A stretch of 64,000 bases of DNA. Source: an uncultured Actinomycetota bacterium. Its GTDB lineage: Bacteria > Actinomycetota > Actinomycetes > Actinomycetales > Quadrisphaeraceae. This document shows positions 38,649 through 48,590 of this stretch, piece by piece (positions within the stretch are counted from its first letter, which is position 1; every line of letters begins with the position of its first letter). The position numbers and the translations under genes were made by a program. The DNA is taken from positions 57,481 to 121,480 of the forward strand of contig CAWAFR010000001.1 in assembly GCA_963781365.1 (NCBI GenBank), read 5' to 3'. Under the pieces are notes generated by a model, which ran no database searches, was not told the DNA's origin, and was given only the letters and a program-made list of their open reading frames with translations.

Positions 38649-39589
38649 TCAGCGGCTGAGCACCACAGGCTGCACGCCCGGGTGCGCTGCGGGGTCGACG
38701 ACGGCGTCGCAGCGGTCCAAGCCCTCCGGGCGGTGGGTGAGGAGCAGCACCGAGTGCTCTTCTGCCGCGCTGCTCGTCCATGGAGGGTCGCTGGGCGCCG
38801 ACGGCGGCGAGCCGGGCGAGGGCGGCCCGGGCGCGCTCACGGGCGACGGCGGCGTCGACGAGGCCCAGCACCGGCTCCCCCAGCGCCATGACGACGAGGA
38901 CGACGACGGCCGCCGCCTCGGGCCCGTGGCCCCGCCGGCGCTGGCCACGCCCGCGGCAGCGCCCACGACCGCCAGACCCGTGCCCAGGTGGGCGAGCCCG
39001 GTCGCAGTCCCGATCGCCTGGGCCGCGCGGTGCTCGGCGCGGGCCAGGGCCCGGCCCCGCCAGCGAGGTACCGCGAGGGCAGCTGCGGGGTCGCGGGCGG
39101 CGAGCTCGGCGGCGGTCCGGCGGGCGGTCAGGGCAGCGAGCCAGGGGCGAGCAGCCCCGCGACGGCCAGCCCCGCTGCGGCGGCGAGTGCCGCCCCGGGC
39201 GCGAGCGCAGCGACCGCGAGGAGCGCCGTTGTCCCCGCGGCCAGGGCGGGTCGACGGGCCCCTTCACGACGTTTGCGACCCGGTCGCTGGCCACGCGCCG
39301 CCGGAACACCCAGTACGACCACGCCTGGTAGACGAGGACCCCGGGCATCACGAACGCCCGGACCACCGTGACGAGCCGCAGCGCCGCGGGCGTCGCGGCA
39401 GCAGACACCAGCATCAGCGAGGCCGCCGGGTCGAGCGTCGAGGCGAGGACGACGACGCCCGTCCCGGCGAGCGCGGACGCGGACCGGTCCGGTGGTCCGC
39501 AGGCCCAGGAAGGTCGTGCCCAGCAGCACCGCGGCGACCAGCGCCACCGCGGCGCCGAGCGCGGCGGCGGGGGGTGCAGCGGCGGGGGC
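38649..39589 (-). pseudogene. cydB: Collapsed relic of cydB-cydD-cydC (cytochrome bd oxidase subunit II and its ABC exporter)
   Basis: In order: LLGTTFLGLRTTGPVRVRARR and PGVLVYQAWSYWVFRRRV (CydB); VKGPVDP start (CydD); VVMALGEPVLGL...ARAALARL and SVLLLTHRPEGLDRCD (CydC). Confidence 0.7.
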
Positions 39590-40024
39590 TCAACGCGGCA
39601 GCCCCGTCAGGTCCGGGTTGAACGCCACCTCCCAGGCGTGCCCGTCGGGGTCGAGGAAGTACCCGTCGAGACCGTCGAAGAAGGGGCTGCGCTCGGCGGG
39701 CTTGGTGATGACCGCGCCCGCGGCCTCGGCGGCGGCCAGGACGGCGATCACGTCGTCGTCGGAGTCGCAGTTGATGGCGTACGTGGCGCCCCGGAAGGTC
39801 CGCGCGCCCGCCGGCGGCGGCGACCCCGGGTCGGACAGGTGGGCGTCCTCCGCCAGCGAGACGGCGGAGAACAGCGCGAGCACCGACCCGGCGTTGTCGA
39901 AGAAGCTGATGGCCTCCTGCGACTCCGGCCGCCGGCGCCAGCCGAGCGCCTCGTAGAAGGCGGTGGCGCGGGCGAGGTCGGCGACGCCGAGGGTGACGAT
40001 CGAGATCCGCGAGGGCACGCTCAT
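39590..40024 (-). CDS. VOC/glyoxalase family protein
   Basis: RISIVTLGVADLARATAFYEALGW...AGAVITKPA...GYFLDPDGHAWEVAFNP. Confidence 0.92.
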   Translation of the reverse strand: MSVPSRISIVTLGVADLARATAFYEALGWRRRPESQEAISFFDNAGSVLALFSAVSLAEDAHLSDPGSPPPAGARTFRGATYAINCDSDDDVIAVLAAAEAAGAVITKPAERSPFFDGLDGYFLDPDGHAWEVAFNPDLTGLPR

Positions 40025-40030
40025 GGGACG

Positions 40031-40052
40031 AGGCTGGCACCGGGCACCGACA
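40031..40052 (-). promoter_or_regulatory. RecA-NDp/PafBC-like promoter of the VOC gene (leaderless)
   Basis: Minus strand TGTCGG-N10-CAGCCT, six nt before ATG40024. Confidence 0.6.
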
Positions 40053-40103
40053 GCAGTCGACTCCCTGCGAGGACCGACCGAGGGTTCCACCGGAGTGGCG
40101 TCA

Positions 40104-40125
40104 TCGAACACCTGTACGATAAGAT
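40104..40125 (+). promoter_or_regulatory. LexA SOS box abutting the -10 of the DUF222-HNH gene
   Basis: TCGAAC-acct-GTACGA (1 mismatch to actinobacterial TCGAAC-N4-GTTCGA), directly followed by TAAGAT, six nt before ATG40132. Confidence 0.75.
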
Positions 40126-40131
40126 CCCACC

Positions 40132-42459
40132 ATGTCGTCCCGCCCACGGCCCCGCCGCCAGCGCCCCGCCCTGGTGCTGCCGGGGCCTGCCGAGCTGACC
40201 CCGGAGCAGCGCTCCGTCGCCTACGCGGCCTGGGACGAGGAAGACGTCGGCGGGGCAGCCGCAGACGCTTCCGAGGCCTCCGACGACCAGGCGTGGCGCG
40301 CCTGGTGCGCGGAGCAGGTCGCCGCGGGGACGGACGTCGCCGCCGACCCCTTCGTCGCGGCGTGCGCCGCGCTGCACTGGGACGGGCTCCGCGACGCTGC
40401 GGCGGAGCGGGCGCGCGTCGAGCTGGCCGCGCAGCACGCCCGTGACGCCGAGCGCGAGGAGCGCTCCGCGAGCCTCGCCGCCTTCGCCGCGTGGTTCGAC
40501 GCCGCTGACGACGACGGCCGGGCGCGGGCAGCCGCTGCGCGCGCCCAGCACGCCCAGGTCGTTGCCGCGGCGGCTCACCTCGACGACGTCCGCGACGCCC
40601 AGCGCGTCCTCGGAGCCGCCCAGGGCGCCCAGCTGCGGACCATCGCGGCGATGGCGGTGATCCACCACTGCGCCGTCCTGCCTCCCGATGCCCCACCGGC
40701 GGCCCTGGCGGCGGTGTCCCCGGACGGTCTGCTCGACGCCGGTGGTGAGCTGGTCGACCTCGGCGGGGTGCACGAGCTGGTCGCCGAGCTCGCTCCCGCG
40801 CTCGCGTGGACGCCGGGCACCACCGCCCGCCGGGTCCGCCTCGCACCGCGCGTCATCGCGCTGATGCCGCACACCCTGGGCCGCCTGGACACCGGGCAGA
40901 TCGACCTCGACCGCGCCGTGATCGCCGCCACCGCCACGTCATGCGCGTCGGCGGCCGTCACCCGGCGGGTCGACGAGCTCCTCTTCGCCCCCGGAGGCTC
41001 CGGCGCGGGGCTGTCGTCCACGGCGCTGCGCGCCGAGGCGGACCGCGTCGTCGCAGTCGTCGACCCGGCGGCGGTCCGCAGGCGCTCGAGGGCCAGGACC
41101 ACCGCTCGGAGCGTCACGCTGGCCGTCGGCGTCGACGGGATGTCGACGATGACCGTCTGCGGTCCGACCACCGCGCTCGTCGCCGTCCACGACCACCTCA
41201 CGCGCGTGGCCGCCGCGAACCGCGCGGAGGCACGTGCCGCGGCGCGCGCGGGGCGGGTCGCCGCCGACGGTGGCGACCCGTACGCCGAGCCGGGCGTCGA
41301 CACCGCCGACCCGGAGCGCGCCGGTGACGTCGACGCGCTGCTGGTCGACCGCCGCACGCTGAACGCCCACCGCGTCGACGCGCTCGTCTCCGCCGTCGCG
41401 GGGGCCCGTCCGGCCGACCCGGGGTCGTTCCGCCCCGGCCCGGGGCTCGAGCTGCACATCTCGGTCCTCGCCTCCGCCGGCCTGTCGGACGACCCCGGTC
41501 ACCTCGAGGGCTCCGGGACGGTCCCCGCCTGGCAGGCCCGCGCCGCGCTGCGGTGGGCGAGCACCCTGGTGCGCCGCGTCTCCGCAGACCCGTTCACCGG
41601 AGACCTCATCGCCGTCGACGGGCACGTGCACCCCGCGTCATGGCTCACCGACCTCATCAGGAGCTCCCGCGACGACCCGGACCCGCCCGGCGGCCCCGGG
41701 CCGGCGCCGGGAGCGCCCGGCCCGGGGCCTGCGGGGCCCGGACCAGCGCCCGGTGCCTCCTCCAGGGGCCTCCCGGTCCAGCACCTCCCACCACCGCGCA
41801 CCGAGGACGAGGCCCTGGGCCCGCCGCTGACCCCCGAGGAGGTCGAGTCCCTCCTCACGGACGGCGGTGGCGAGGGCGGCGATGACGACGGCGACCGCTG
41901 CGCCGCCGGGCTCTGCACCCCGGTCGACCCCGCCGACTGCCCCCTGGCCGCGGTCGGCGGTGGCCCCTACGTGCCCGGCGCCGCGCAGGCCCGCCACCTC
42001 CAGCGCCTCTGGGGTTCGTGCACCGGACCGGGTTCCACCGTCCGAGCCGCTCTCAGCGACCTCGACCACGTCGTCCCCCACCGCGACGACGGCAGCGGAG
42101 GGCCCACCTGCGGGTGCAACCTCACCCCGAAGTCCCGTCGGTGGCACCTCACCAAGAGCGCCACCGACCCCGGCACCTGGACCAACCCCGCAGACCCGGC
42201 GGCGCTGGAGGTGCCGTGGACGCGCCGCTGGGAGCAGTGGCAGTGCACCGACGGCACCGCCCACTGGACCTCGCCGCTCGGGGTCAGCCACCAGGTGCGT
42301 CCCCGGCCGGTGGCTCAGCCGGCCGGGCGCTACCGGCGCGTCCACCCCGTCCCCAGCGAGACCTCGGCGCTGGACCAGCAGCCCGACCGCTGGTGCCGCC
42401 CCGTCCTCGGACCGGCAGGTGAGACCGACCTCTCCTTCCCCGAGCACCCGGACTTCTGA
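40132..42459 (+). CDS. DUF222 + HNH-like protein (13E12-repeat family), intact 775 aa
   Basis: ELAPALAWT...MPHTLGRLDTGQIDLDRA, DGMSTM, DRRTLNAHRVDAL, CTGPGS...DLDHVVPH...GPTCGCNLTPKSRRWHLTK, HWTSPLG. Confidence 0.8.
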   Translation: MSSRPRPRRQRPALVLPGPAELTPEQRSVAYAAWDEEDVGGAAADASEASDDQAWRAWCAEQVAAGTDVAADPFVAACAALHWDGLRDAAAERARVELAAQHARDAEREERSASLAAFAAWFDAADDDGRARAAAARAQHAQVVAAAAHLDDVRDAQRVLGAAQGAQLRTIAAMAVIHHCAVLPPDAPPAALAAVSPDGLLDAGGELVDLGGVHELVAELAPALAWTPGTTARRVRLAPRVIALMPHTLGRLDTGQIDLDRAVIAATATSCASAAVTRRVDELLFAPGGSGAGLSSTALRAEADRVVAVVDPAAVRRRSRARTTARSVTLAVGVDGMSTMTVCGPTTALVAVHDHLTRVAAANRAEARAAARAGRVAADGGDPYAEPGVDTADPERAGDVDALLVDRRTLNAHRVDALVSAVAGARPADPGSFRPGPGLELHISVLASAGLSDDPGHLEGSGTVPAWQARAALRWASTLVRRVSADPFTGDLIAVDGHVHPASWLTDLIRSSRDDPDPPGGPGPAPGAPGPGPAGPGPAPGASSRGLPVQHLPPPRTEDEALGPPLTPEEVESLLTDGGGEGGDDDGDRCAAGLCTPVDPADCPLAAVGGGPYVPGAAQARHLQRLWGSCTGPGSTVRAALSDLDHVVPHRDDGSGGPTCGCNLTPKSRRWHLTKSATDPGTWTNPADPAALEVPWTRRWEQWQCTDGTAHWTSPLGVSHQVRPRPVAQPAGRYRRVHPVPSETSALDQQPDRWCRPVLGPAGETDLSFPEHPDF

Positions 42460-42486
42460 GCGACAGCGGCTGGGAGGATGTGCCCC

Positions 42487-45436
42487 GTGACCACCCAGCT
42501 CGACCGGCCGCAGGTGGCGGTCCCAGACCTCGTGCGCGCCCTCGACAGCGCGCTGGGGAGCCGCGCCGGCGACGGCGTCGTCGACGCCTCGACCCGCCGT
42601 CGCGCGGAGTACACGTCCGACGCGTCCAACTACCGCGTCGTGCCGCAGGTGGTCGTCTTCCCCCGGACCACCGAGGAGCTGGCCGCCGTGGTCGCCACCT
42701 GCCGCGAGCAGGCGGTGCCGCTGACGCTGCGCGGCGCCGGCACGTCGGTGGCGGGCAACGCGTGCGGGCCCGGCGTCGTCGTCGACACCTCGGTGCACCT
42801 GAACCGCGTCCTGGAGCTCGACCCGACGGCGCAGACCGCGCTGGTCGAGCCGGGCATCGTGCTCGACGCGCTGCAGGGCCACGCCCGCAAGCACGGCCTG
42901 CGCTTCGGGCCCGACCCGAGCACCCACGCCCGATGCACCGTCGGCGGGATGATCGGCAACGACGCCTGCGGCTCCCACGCCCTCGCCTACGGCCGGACCA
43001 GCGCCAACGTGCTGGAGCTCGACGTGGTCGACGGCCTGGGCCGGTCCTGGTCGACGACGGCGCCGCCGCCGGAGCTCGTCACCGCGCTGCAGGGCGTCGC
43101 GGCGGACCACCTGGCGACGCTGCGCACGCGGTTCGCGACCTTCGGCCGCCAGGTCTCCGGCTACGCGCTGGAGACCCTGCTGCCCGAGCACGGCGGGCCG
43201 GCCGGTGACGGCGGGCGCGGCGATGCGACCGGCTCGAACCTGGCACGACTGCTCTCCGGCTCCGAGGGCACCCTGGCGGTGCTGACGCGCGCGAAGGTCC
43301 GGCTGGTGCGGGAGTCGCCGGCGACGGCGTTCGTCGTCCTCGGCTACCCCGACATGGCCAGCGCCGCCGACGACACCCCCGCACTGCTGGAGCACGGCCC
43401 GCTGGCGGTGGAGGGCCTCGACCGGCGCCTCGTCGAGGTGGTCCGCGCCCGCGGCGGCGACGTCGACGGGCTGCCCGGCGGCAACGGGTGGCTGTTCGTG
43501 GAGGTCGGCGGCGAGACCGGCGCCGAGGCCCTCGCCGGCGCCCAGCGCCTCGTGGCCGCCGCCGGCACCGACCAGCACGTGATCATCCCGACGGCCGCGC
43601 AGGCCCGGGCGCTGTGGCGGATCCGCGAGGACGGCGCGGGGTACGCCGGCCGCTCCCCCTCCGGCACCCCCGCGTGGCCCGGGTGGGAGGACGCCGCCGT
43701 CCCACCCGCGCGCCTGGGCACCTACCTGCGGGACCTGCAGGCGCTCATGGGCGCCCACGGGGTCGACGGGCACGCCTACGGCCACTTCGGCGACGGCTGC
43801 ATCCACATGCGCCTCGACCTGCCGCTGTCCGAGCCCGGCGGCCTCGACCGCAGCGGAGAGTTCCTGCGCGCCGCGGCCCGCCTCGTCGCCGCGCACGGCG
43901 GGTCGCTGTCGGGCGAGCACGGCGACGGCCGCGCCCGCTCGGCGCTGCTGCCGCTCATGTACGACGACGACGCCCTGCGCGCGTTCGAGCGGGTCAAGGC
44001 GGCCTTCGACCCCGCGGACCTGCTGAACCCCGGCATCCTCGTCCGCCCCGCCCCGCTGGAGGCCGACCTGCGCGTGCCCGCGGCGCGCACGGCGGTCGAG
44101 ATCCTGCCGTCGCGGCCGCTGTCGCTGAGCTACCCGCAGGACGGCGACGACCTCACCGCCGCCGTCCACCGCTGCGTCGGCGTCGGCAAGTGCCGCGCCG
44201 AGCCCGCGACGGGCTCCGGGGGCGTCATGTGCCCGAGCTACCTGGCCACGCGCGACGAGAAGGACTCCACCCGCGGCCGCGCCCGGCTGCTGCAGGAGAT
44301 GGCCAACGGCAGCCTCGTCACCGACGGGTGGCGCAGCCGAGCAGGTCAGGGAGTCCCTGGACCTGTGCCTGTCGTGCAAGGGCTGCTCGGTGGACTGCCC
44401 CGCGGGCGTCGACATGGCGACGTACAAGGCGGAGTTCCTCGACCACCACTACCGCGGCCGCCGGCGCCCGCTGAACCACTACCTGCTGGGGTGGCTGCCC
44501 CGCTGGACCCGCCTCGTGGCGCTCGGCCAGCCGGTGCTGCCGGCCCTCGTCAACCTCGCCGCGAAGGCCGGACCGCTGCGACGCGCGGGCATGCGCGCCG
44601 GGGGGATCGACCCCGCGATGGCGGTGCCGCACTTCGCGAGCAGGACCTTCCGCTCGTGGTTCTCGAAGCGGCGCACCGACCGTGATCATGGGCAGTCGGC
44701 CGCCGCGGCGCAGCAGCTCACCGACGTCGTGCTGTGGGTCGACACCTTCACCGACGGCTTCGACCCGCAGGTCGGCGTCGCGGCGGTCAGGCTGCTGGAG
44801 CACCTCGGCTTCCGCGTGCACCTGCCGAGCGCGAAGGTCTGCTGCGGCCTGACCTGGGTCTCCACCGGGCAGCTCGACGGCGCCAAGCGCCAGCTCGCCG
44901 CGACGCTGGACGCCCTCGAGGGTCCTGGCGGGGAGCTGGCGGGGATGCCCGTCGTCGGCCTGGAACCGAGCTGCACCGCGCTGCTGCGGGAGGACGCCTC
45001 CCGCCTGCTCCCCGACGACCCGCGCGCCGCCGCGCTGCACCACCGCGTGCGGACGGTCGCCGAGCTGATCGCGGATCACCGCCCCGACTGGACCCCGCCC
45101 CAGCTGACGACGCAGGCCGTGGTGCAGCCGCACTGCCACCAGCACGCCGTCATGGGCTTCGGCGCCGACGCCGCGCTGCTGGCCCGCGCGGGCGTCGACG
45201 CGACGCAGCTCGGCGGGTGCTGCGGCCTCGCCGGCAACTTCGGCGCCGAGGCGGGGCACCGCGAGGTGTCGGTCGCGGTGGCCGAGCAGCAGCTTCTCCC
45301 GGCGCTGCGCGCGGCGGGTGACACCGTCCCCGTCGTCGCCGACGGGTTCAGCTGCCGCACCCAGACGGACGCCCTCGCGGGCCGGCGCCCGAAGCACCTG
45401 GTCGAGCTGCTCGCCGAGGCCCTCCCGGACCGGTGA
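42487..45436 (+). CDS. FAD-binding and (Fe-S)-binding oxidoreductase (YdiJ/D-lactate dehydrogenase-like); frameshift near 44340
   Basis: DASNYR, RGAGTS, FGPDPST, GHFGDGCIH, SGEHGDGRAR, CVGVGKC, MCPSY, CLSCKGC, CCG, HCHQ. Confidence 0.9.
44676..44698 (+). repeat. GTGATCATG-family half copy embedded in-frame in the oxidoreductase
   Basis: CCGACCGTGATCATGGGCAGT is identical to 20165-20185; translated as TDRDHGQS. Confidence 0.7.
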
Positions 45437-45480
45437 CGCTGGGCGCCGACCGTCAGGGCGGCCGGCTCAGTGCGGCCGGC

Positions 45481-46896
45481 TCAGTGCAGCTCGGCGCGGT
45501 CGGCCTCCTGCGACAGGGCGAGCCGCGCTGCCAGGCCCACCACCGCGGTGTACGTCGGGTAGGCGAAGCGGACCTGCGCGAGCGTCGAGAGGTCGACACC
45601 GGCCGCCATCGCCGTCGTGACCGCCTGGATCACCTCGACGGCGTTCTCCCCGACGGCGTGCGCGCCGAGGATCGCGGTGCGCCCGCTGTCGACGACCAGC
45701 TTGAGGAAACCGGCGGTGCGGTCGTCGATGACGGCGCGGTCGAGGGCCTCGTAGCCCACCAGCGCCACCCGGCACCCGGGGGCGCGGTCTCGGGCCTGCT
45801 CCTCGGTGAGGCCGACGCCGGCGTAGTCGGGGTCCGTGAAGCCACCGGCGGGCAGCAGCTCGTGGGGCCTGCTGGCGTTCGCGCCGAGGACCGCGTTGGT
45901 GGCGGCCGTCTCGCCCTCGAACTGGGCGGCCTGCACGAGCATGTCCCGGCCGTTGGCGTCACCGACGGCGAAGACGTGCGGCACCCGGGTGCGGTGGTGC
46001 TCGTCGGTGGGGACGGCGCCGCGGACCACCTCCAGCCCGGCGTGCTCGAGCCCGAGGTCGTCGACGTCCGCCGGCCAGCCGGTGGCCATGACGACGGCGT
46101 CGACCTCCGCGCTGTCCGCCCCGCTGTCCTGCCCGGTCCAGTGCAGCGCGACGGCGCCGGACGCCGCGCGCTCCAGCCGGTCGACGCCCCGGACGCCGAG
46201 CAGCACCCGCACCCCCTGCGCGGTGAACGCGGCGGCGACGTGGGCGGAGACGTCGTGGTCGGAGCCGGGCAGCACCCGCGGCGCGACGTCGAGCAGCAGG
46301 ACCTCGGAGCCGAAGGCGCTGAAGACGGTCACGAGCTGCGCTCCGGTGTTGCCGGCGCCGATGACCGCGACGCGCCGCGGCAGCGCGGGCAGGTGGAGCA
46401 CCTCGTCCGGCACCAGGGCCAGCTCGGCCCCGGGCACCGGCAGCCGGCGCGCGTGACCACCGACGGCGATGATCACGGACCGCCCGCGCAGGCGCCGGCC
46501 GCTGTCGAGCACCAGCTCGTGGGGGGAGGCGAAGCGCGCGCGGCCCTCGGTGACCAGCTCGACGCCCGCCTCGGCGAAGCGCGCGGCCTCCCGCTTCACC
46601 TGCCGGACCGCGTCGACGCGGGAGTGCACCCGCTCGACGACGCGCTCCCAGTCGACCCGCACGCCCTCGACGTCGACGCCGTGGGCCCCGGCGCCCCGGG
46701 CGTCCCGCACCAGCCGGGCGGCCTTGGCCAGCACCCGCGTGGGCACGCAGCCGGTGTTGACGCAGGTGCCGCCGAGGTGGCGCGCCTCCACCACGGCCAC
46801 GGACGCGCCGAGCGCGCGCGACCTCAGCGCGGCCGCCGTGCCCGCGGGGCCGGCTCCGATGATGACGACGTCGTGCTCCTGCGGGGCTGCGCTCAC
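45481..46896 (-). CDS. Class I pyridine nucleotide-disulfide oxidoreductase (Lpd/MerA-like, atypical)
   Basis: IIGAGPAG, GGTCVNTGCVPT, GAGNTG, FAVGD, FTDPDYAGVG, ILGAH, FAYPT. Confidence 0.85.
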   Translation of the reverse strand: MSAAPQEHDVVIIGAGPAGTAAALRSRALGASVAVVEARHLGGTCVNTGCVPTRVLAKAARLVRDARGAGAHGVDVEGVRVDWERVVERVHSRVDAVRQVKREAARFAEAGVELVTEGRARFASPHELVLDSGRRLRGRSVIIAVGGHARRLPVPGAELALVPDEVLHLPALPRRVAVIGAGNTGAQLVTVFSAFGSEVLLLDVAPRVLPGSDHDVSAHVAAAFTAQGVRVLLGVRGVDRLERAASGAVALHWTGQDSGADSAEVDAVVMATGWPADVDDLGLEHAGLEVVRGAVPTDEHHRTRVPHVFAVGDANGRDMLVQAAQFEGETAATNAVLGANASRPHELLPAGGFTDPDYAGVGLTEEQARDRAPGCRVALVGYEALDRAVIDDRTAGFLKLVVDSGRTAILGAHAVGENAVEVIQAVTTAMAAGVDLSTLAQVRFAYPTYTAVVGLAARLALSQEADRAELH

Positions 46897-46937
46897 CTCG
46901 ACCACGCTGCCACGGGTACGCGGAGCCCGGCCCGGCG

Positions 46938-48590
46938 TCAGGCCCAGGTGGTGCCGGAGGTCACCTGCAGCGGGAACCCGATCGGGAAGCCGCCGAAGAG
47001 GAGCCGCCCCGCCCGCTCGGCAGCGGTGCGGACCGCGGCGGCGACGTCGTCGGCGAGCGCCGCCTGCGCGTGCACCACCACCTCGTCGTGCAGGAAGAGG
47101 ACGACGTGCGGACGCTCGGTGAGCGGCCCGGACCCGCCGAGCTGCCAGAGGGCGTCGCGCAGCAGGGCGGTCCAGCACAGCGCCCACTCCGCGCCGGTGC
47201 CCTGCACGACGAAGTTGCGGGTGAAGCGGCCCCACGCGCGCCGCTCCCGCTCGTCGAGCTCGTCCCGCTGCGCCGGCGGTGGCGGCGAGGCGCGCCCCAG
47301 CCAGGTGGCGACCTGCTCGCCGCGCTCCCCCGCCCGGGCCGCCTCCTCGACGTGCCCGAAGGCGCGCGGGTAGCGCCGCGCGAGGTGCTCCACCAGGCGC
47401 CCGCCCTGGCCAGCGGTGGCGCCGTACATGGCGCCGAGCAGCGCGGTCTTGGCGTCGGCGCGGCTGGCGGCGGCTCCGGCCTCGACGACGCCCTGGTAGA
47501 GGTCCCCGGTGGCCGCCGCGGCGGCGAGCCGCTCGTCGCCGCTGACCGCGGCGAGCACCCGCGGCTCCAGCTGGGCGACGTCGGCCGTGACGAAGACCCA
47601 CCCCGGGTCGGCGACCACCGCGGGCCGCACCTGCGCGGGCACCGACAGCGCACCCCCGCCCTGCGCCGCCCACCGCCCGCTGACCACGCCGCCGGGCAGG
47701 TAGCTGGGGCGGTAGCGCCCGTCGTGCACCCACTCCTGCAGCCAGCGCCAGCCGTTGGTGGTGTGCAGCCTGCTGAGGCGGCGGTGCTCCAGGAGCAGGG
47801 GGACGGCCGGGTGGTCCAGTCGGGACAGGGTCGCGGACCGGGTGTCTGGCACCTCCAGGCCCGCCCGCGCCAGGGCCCGCAGCAGCTCACCGGGTGAGTC
47901 CGGGTTGAGCGCGGGCGCCCCGAGCGCATCCCGCAGCCGCGCCAGCAGGTCGACGAGCGCCCGGGGCTGCTGCCCGGGCGCCGGGGGCGGCCCGAGCTGC
48001 TCGGCGAGCAGCGCGCGGTGCACGTCGGCGCGCCACGGCAGCCCGACGTGGGTCATCTCCGCAGCCATCAGCGCCCCCGCGCTCTCGGCGGCCAGCAGCG
48101 TCCGCAGCCGCCCCGGGGACGGTGACGCGTCCACCGCGGCGTCCTGGCGGCCGAGCTCCGCTGCGGCGTCGAGGGCTCCGACGCGCTCGTGCAGGTCGAA
48201 CAGGCCCTCGTCGCGGGCTCCCGGGGCTGCGGCTCCCACCGGCTCCAGCGCGTCCCACGCGGCGGCCGCTGCGTCGTCCCCGCCGGGGACCACCCCGAGC
48301 AGTCCCTGGTCGACGGCGGGTGAGCGCCGCAGCACCCGGTGGGCGAGGCGCAGGTCGGTGCACCGCTGCACGCGCACCCCCGCGGCCAGCAGGGACGGGT
48401 ACCACCGGGTGGTGTCGTCCCAGACCCAGCGCGGCCGGTGCGCCTCCTGGGCCGCCACGAACGCGGGCAGCGCGCCGTCGTCGAGGACGACCTCCCGGAC
48501 CACGGCCCCGCCGTCGTCCTCCCCGTCGTCCTGCACGCGCGCCAGCGGCTCCCCGGAGCCGCGGCGCGCGAGCACCACCCGGAGGGTCAC
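46938..48590 (-). CDS. Family-A bifunctional 3'-5' exonuclease/DNA polymerase-like protein (short PolA paralog)
   Basis: VVSGRW, motif A ADVAQLEPRVLA, motif B RADAKTALLGAMYG, RNFVVQG, motif C LHDEVV. Confidence 0.9.
   Translation of the reverse strand: MTLRVVLARRGSGEPLARVQDDGEDDGGAVVREVVLDDGALPAFVAAQEAHRPRWVWDDTTRWYPSLLAAGVRVQRCTDLRLAHRVLRRSPAVDQGLLGVVPGGDDAAAAAWDALEPVGAAAPGARDEGLFDLHERVGALDAAAELGRQDAAVDASPSPGRLRTLLAAESAGALMAAEMTHVGLPWRADVHRALLAEQLGPPPAPGQQPRALVDLLARLRDALGAPALNPDSPGELLRALARAGLEVPDTRSATLSRLDHPAVPLLLEHRRLSRLHTTNGWRWLQEWVHDGRYRPSYLPGGVVSGRWAAQGGGALSVPAQVRPAVVADPGWVFVTADVAQLEPRVLAAVSGDERLAAAAATGDLYQGVVEAGAAASRADAKTALLGAMYGATAGQGGRLVEHLARRYPRAFGHVEEAARAGERGEQVATWLGRASPPPPAQRDELDERERRAWGRFTRNFVVQGTGAEWALCWTALLRDALWQLGGSGPLTERPHVVLFLHDEVVVHAQAALADDVAAAVRTAAERAGRLLFGGFPIGFPLQVTSGTTWA

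Noticed and set aside
45481-46896. Mercuric reductase MerA
   Set aside because: No C-terminal Cys-Cys, no NmerA domain and no mer genes adjacent
46938-48590. PolA-like gene as a prophage or defence marker
   Set aside because: No phage structural, integrase, primase or defence genes nearby; the family is chromosomal in actinobacteria
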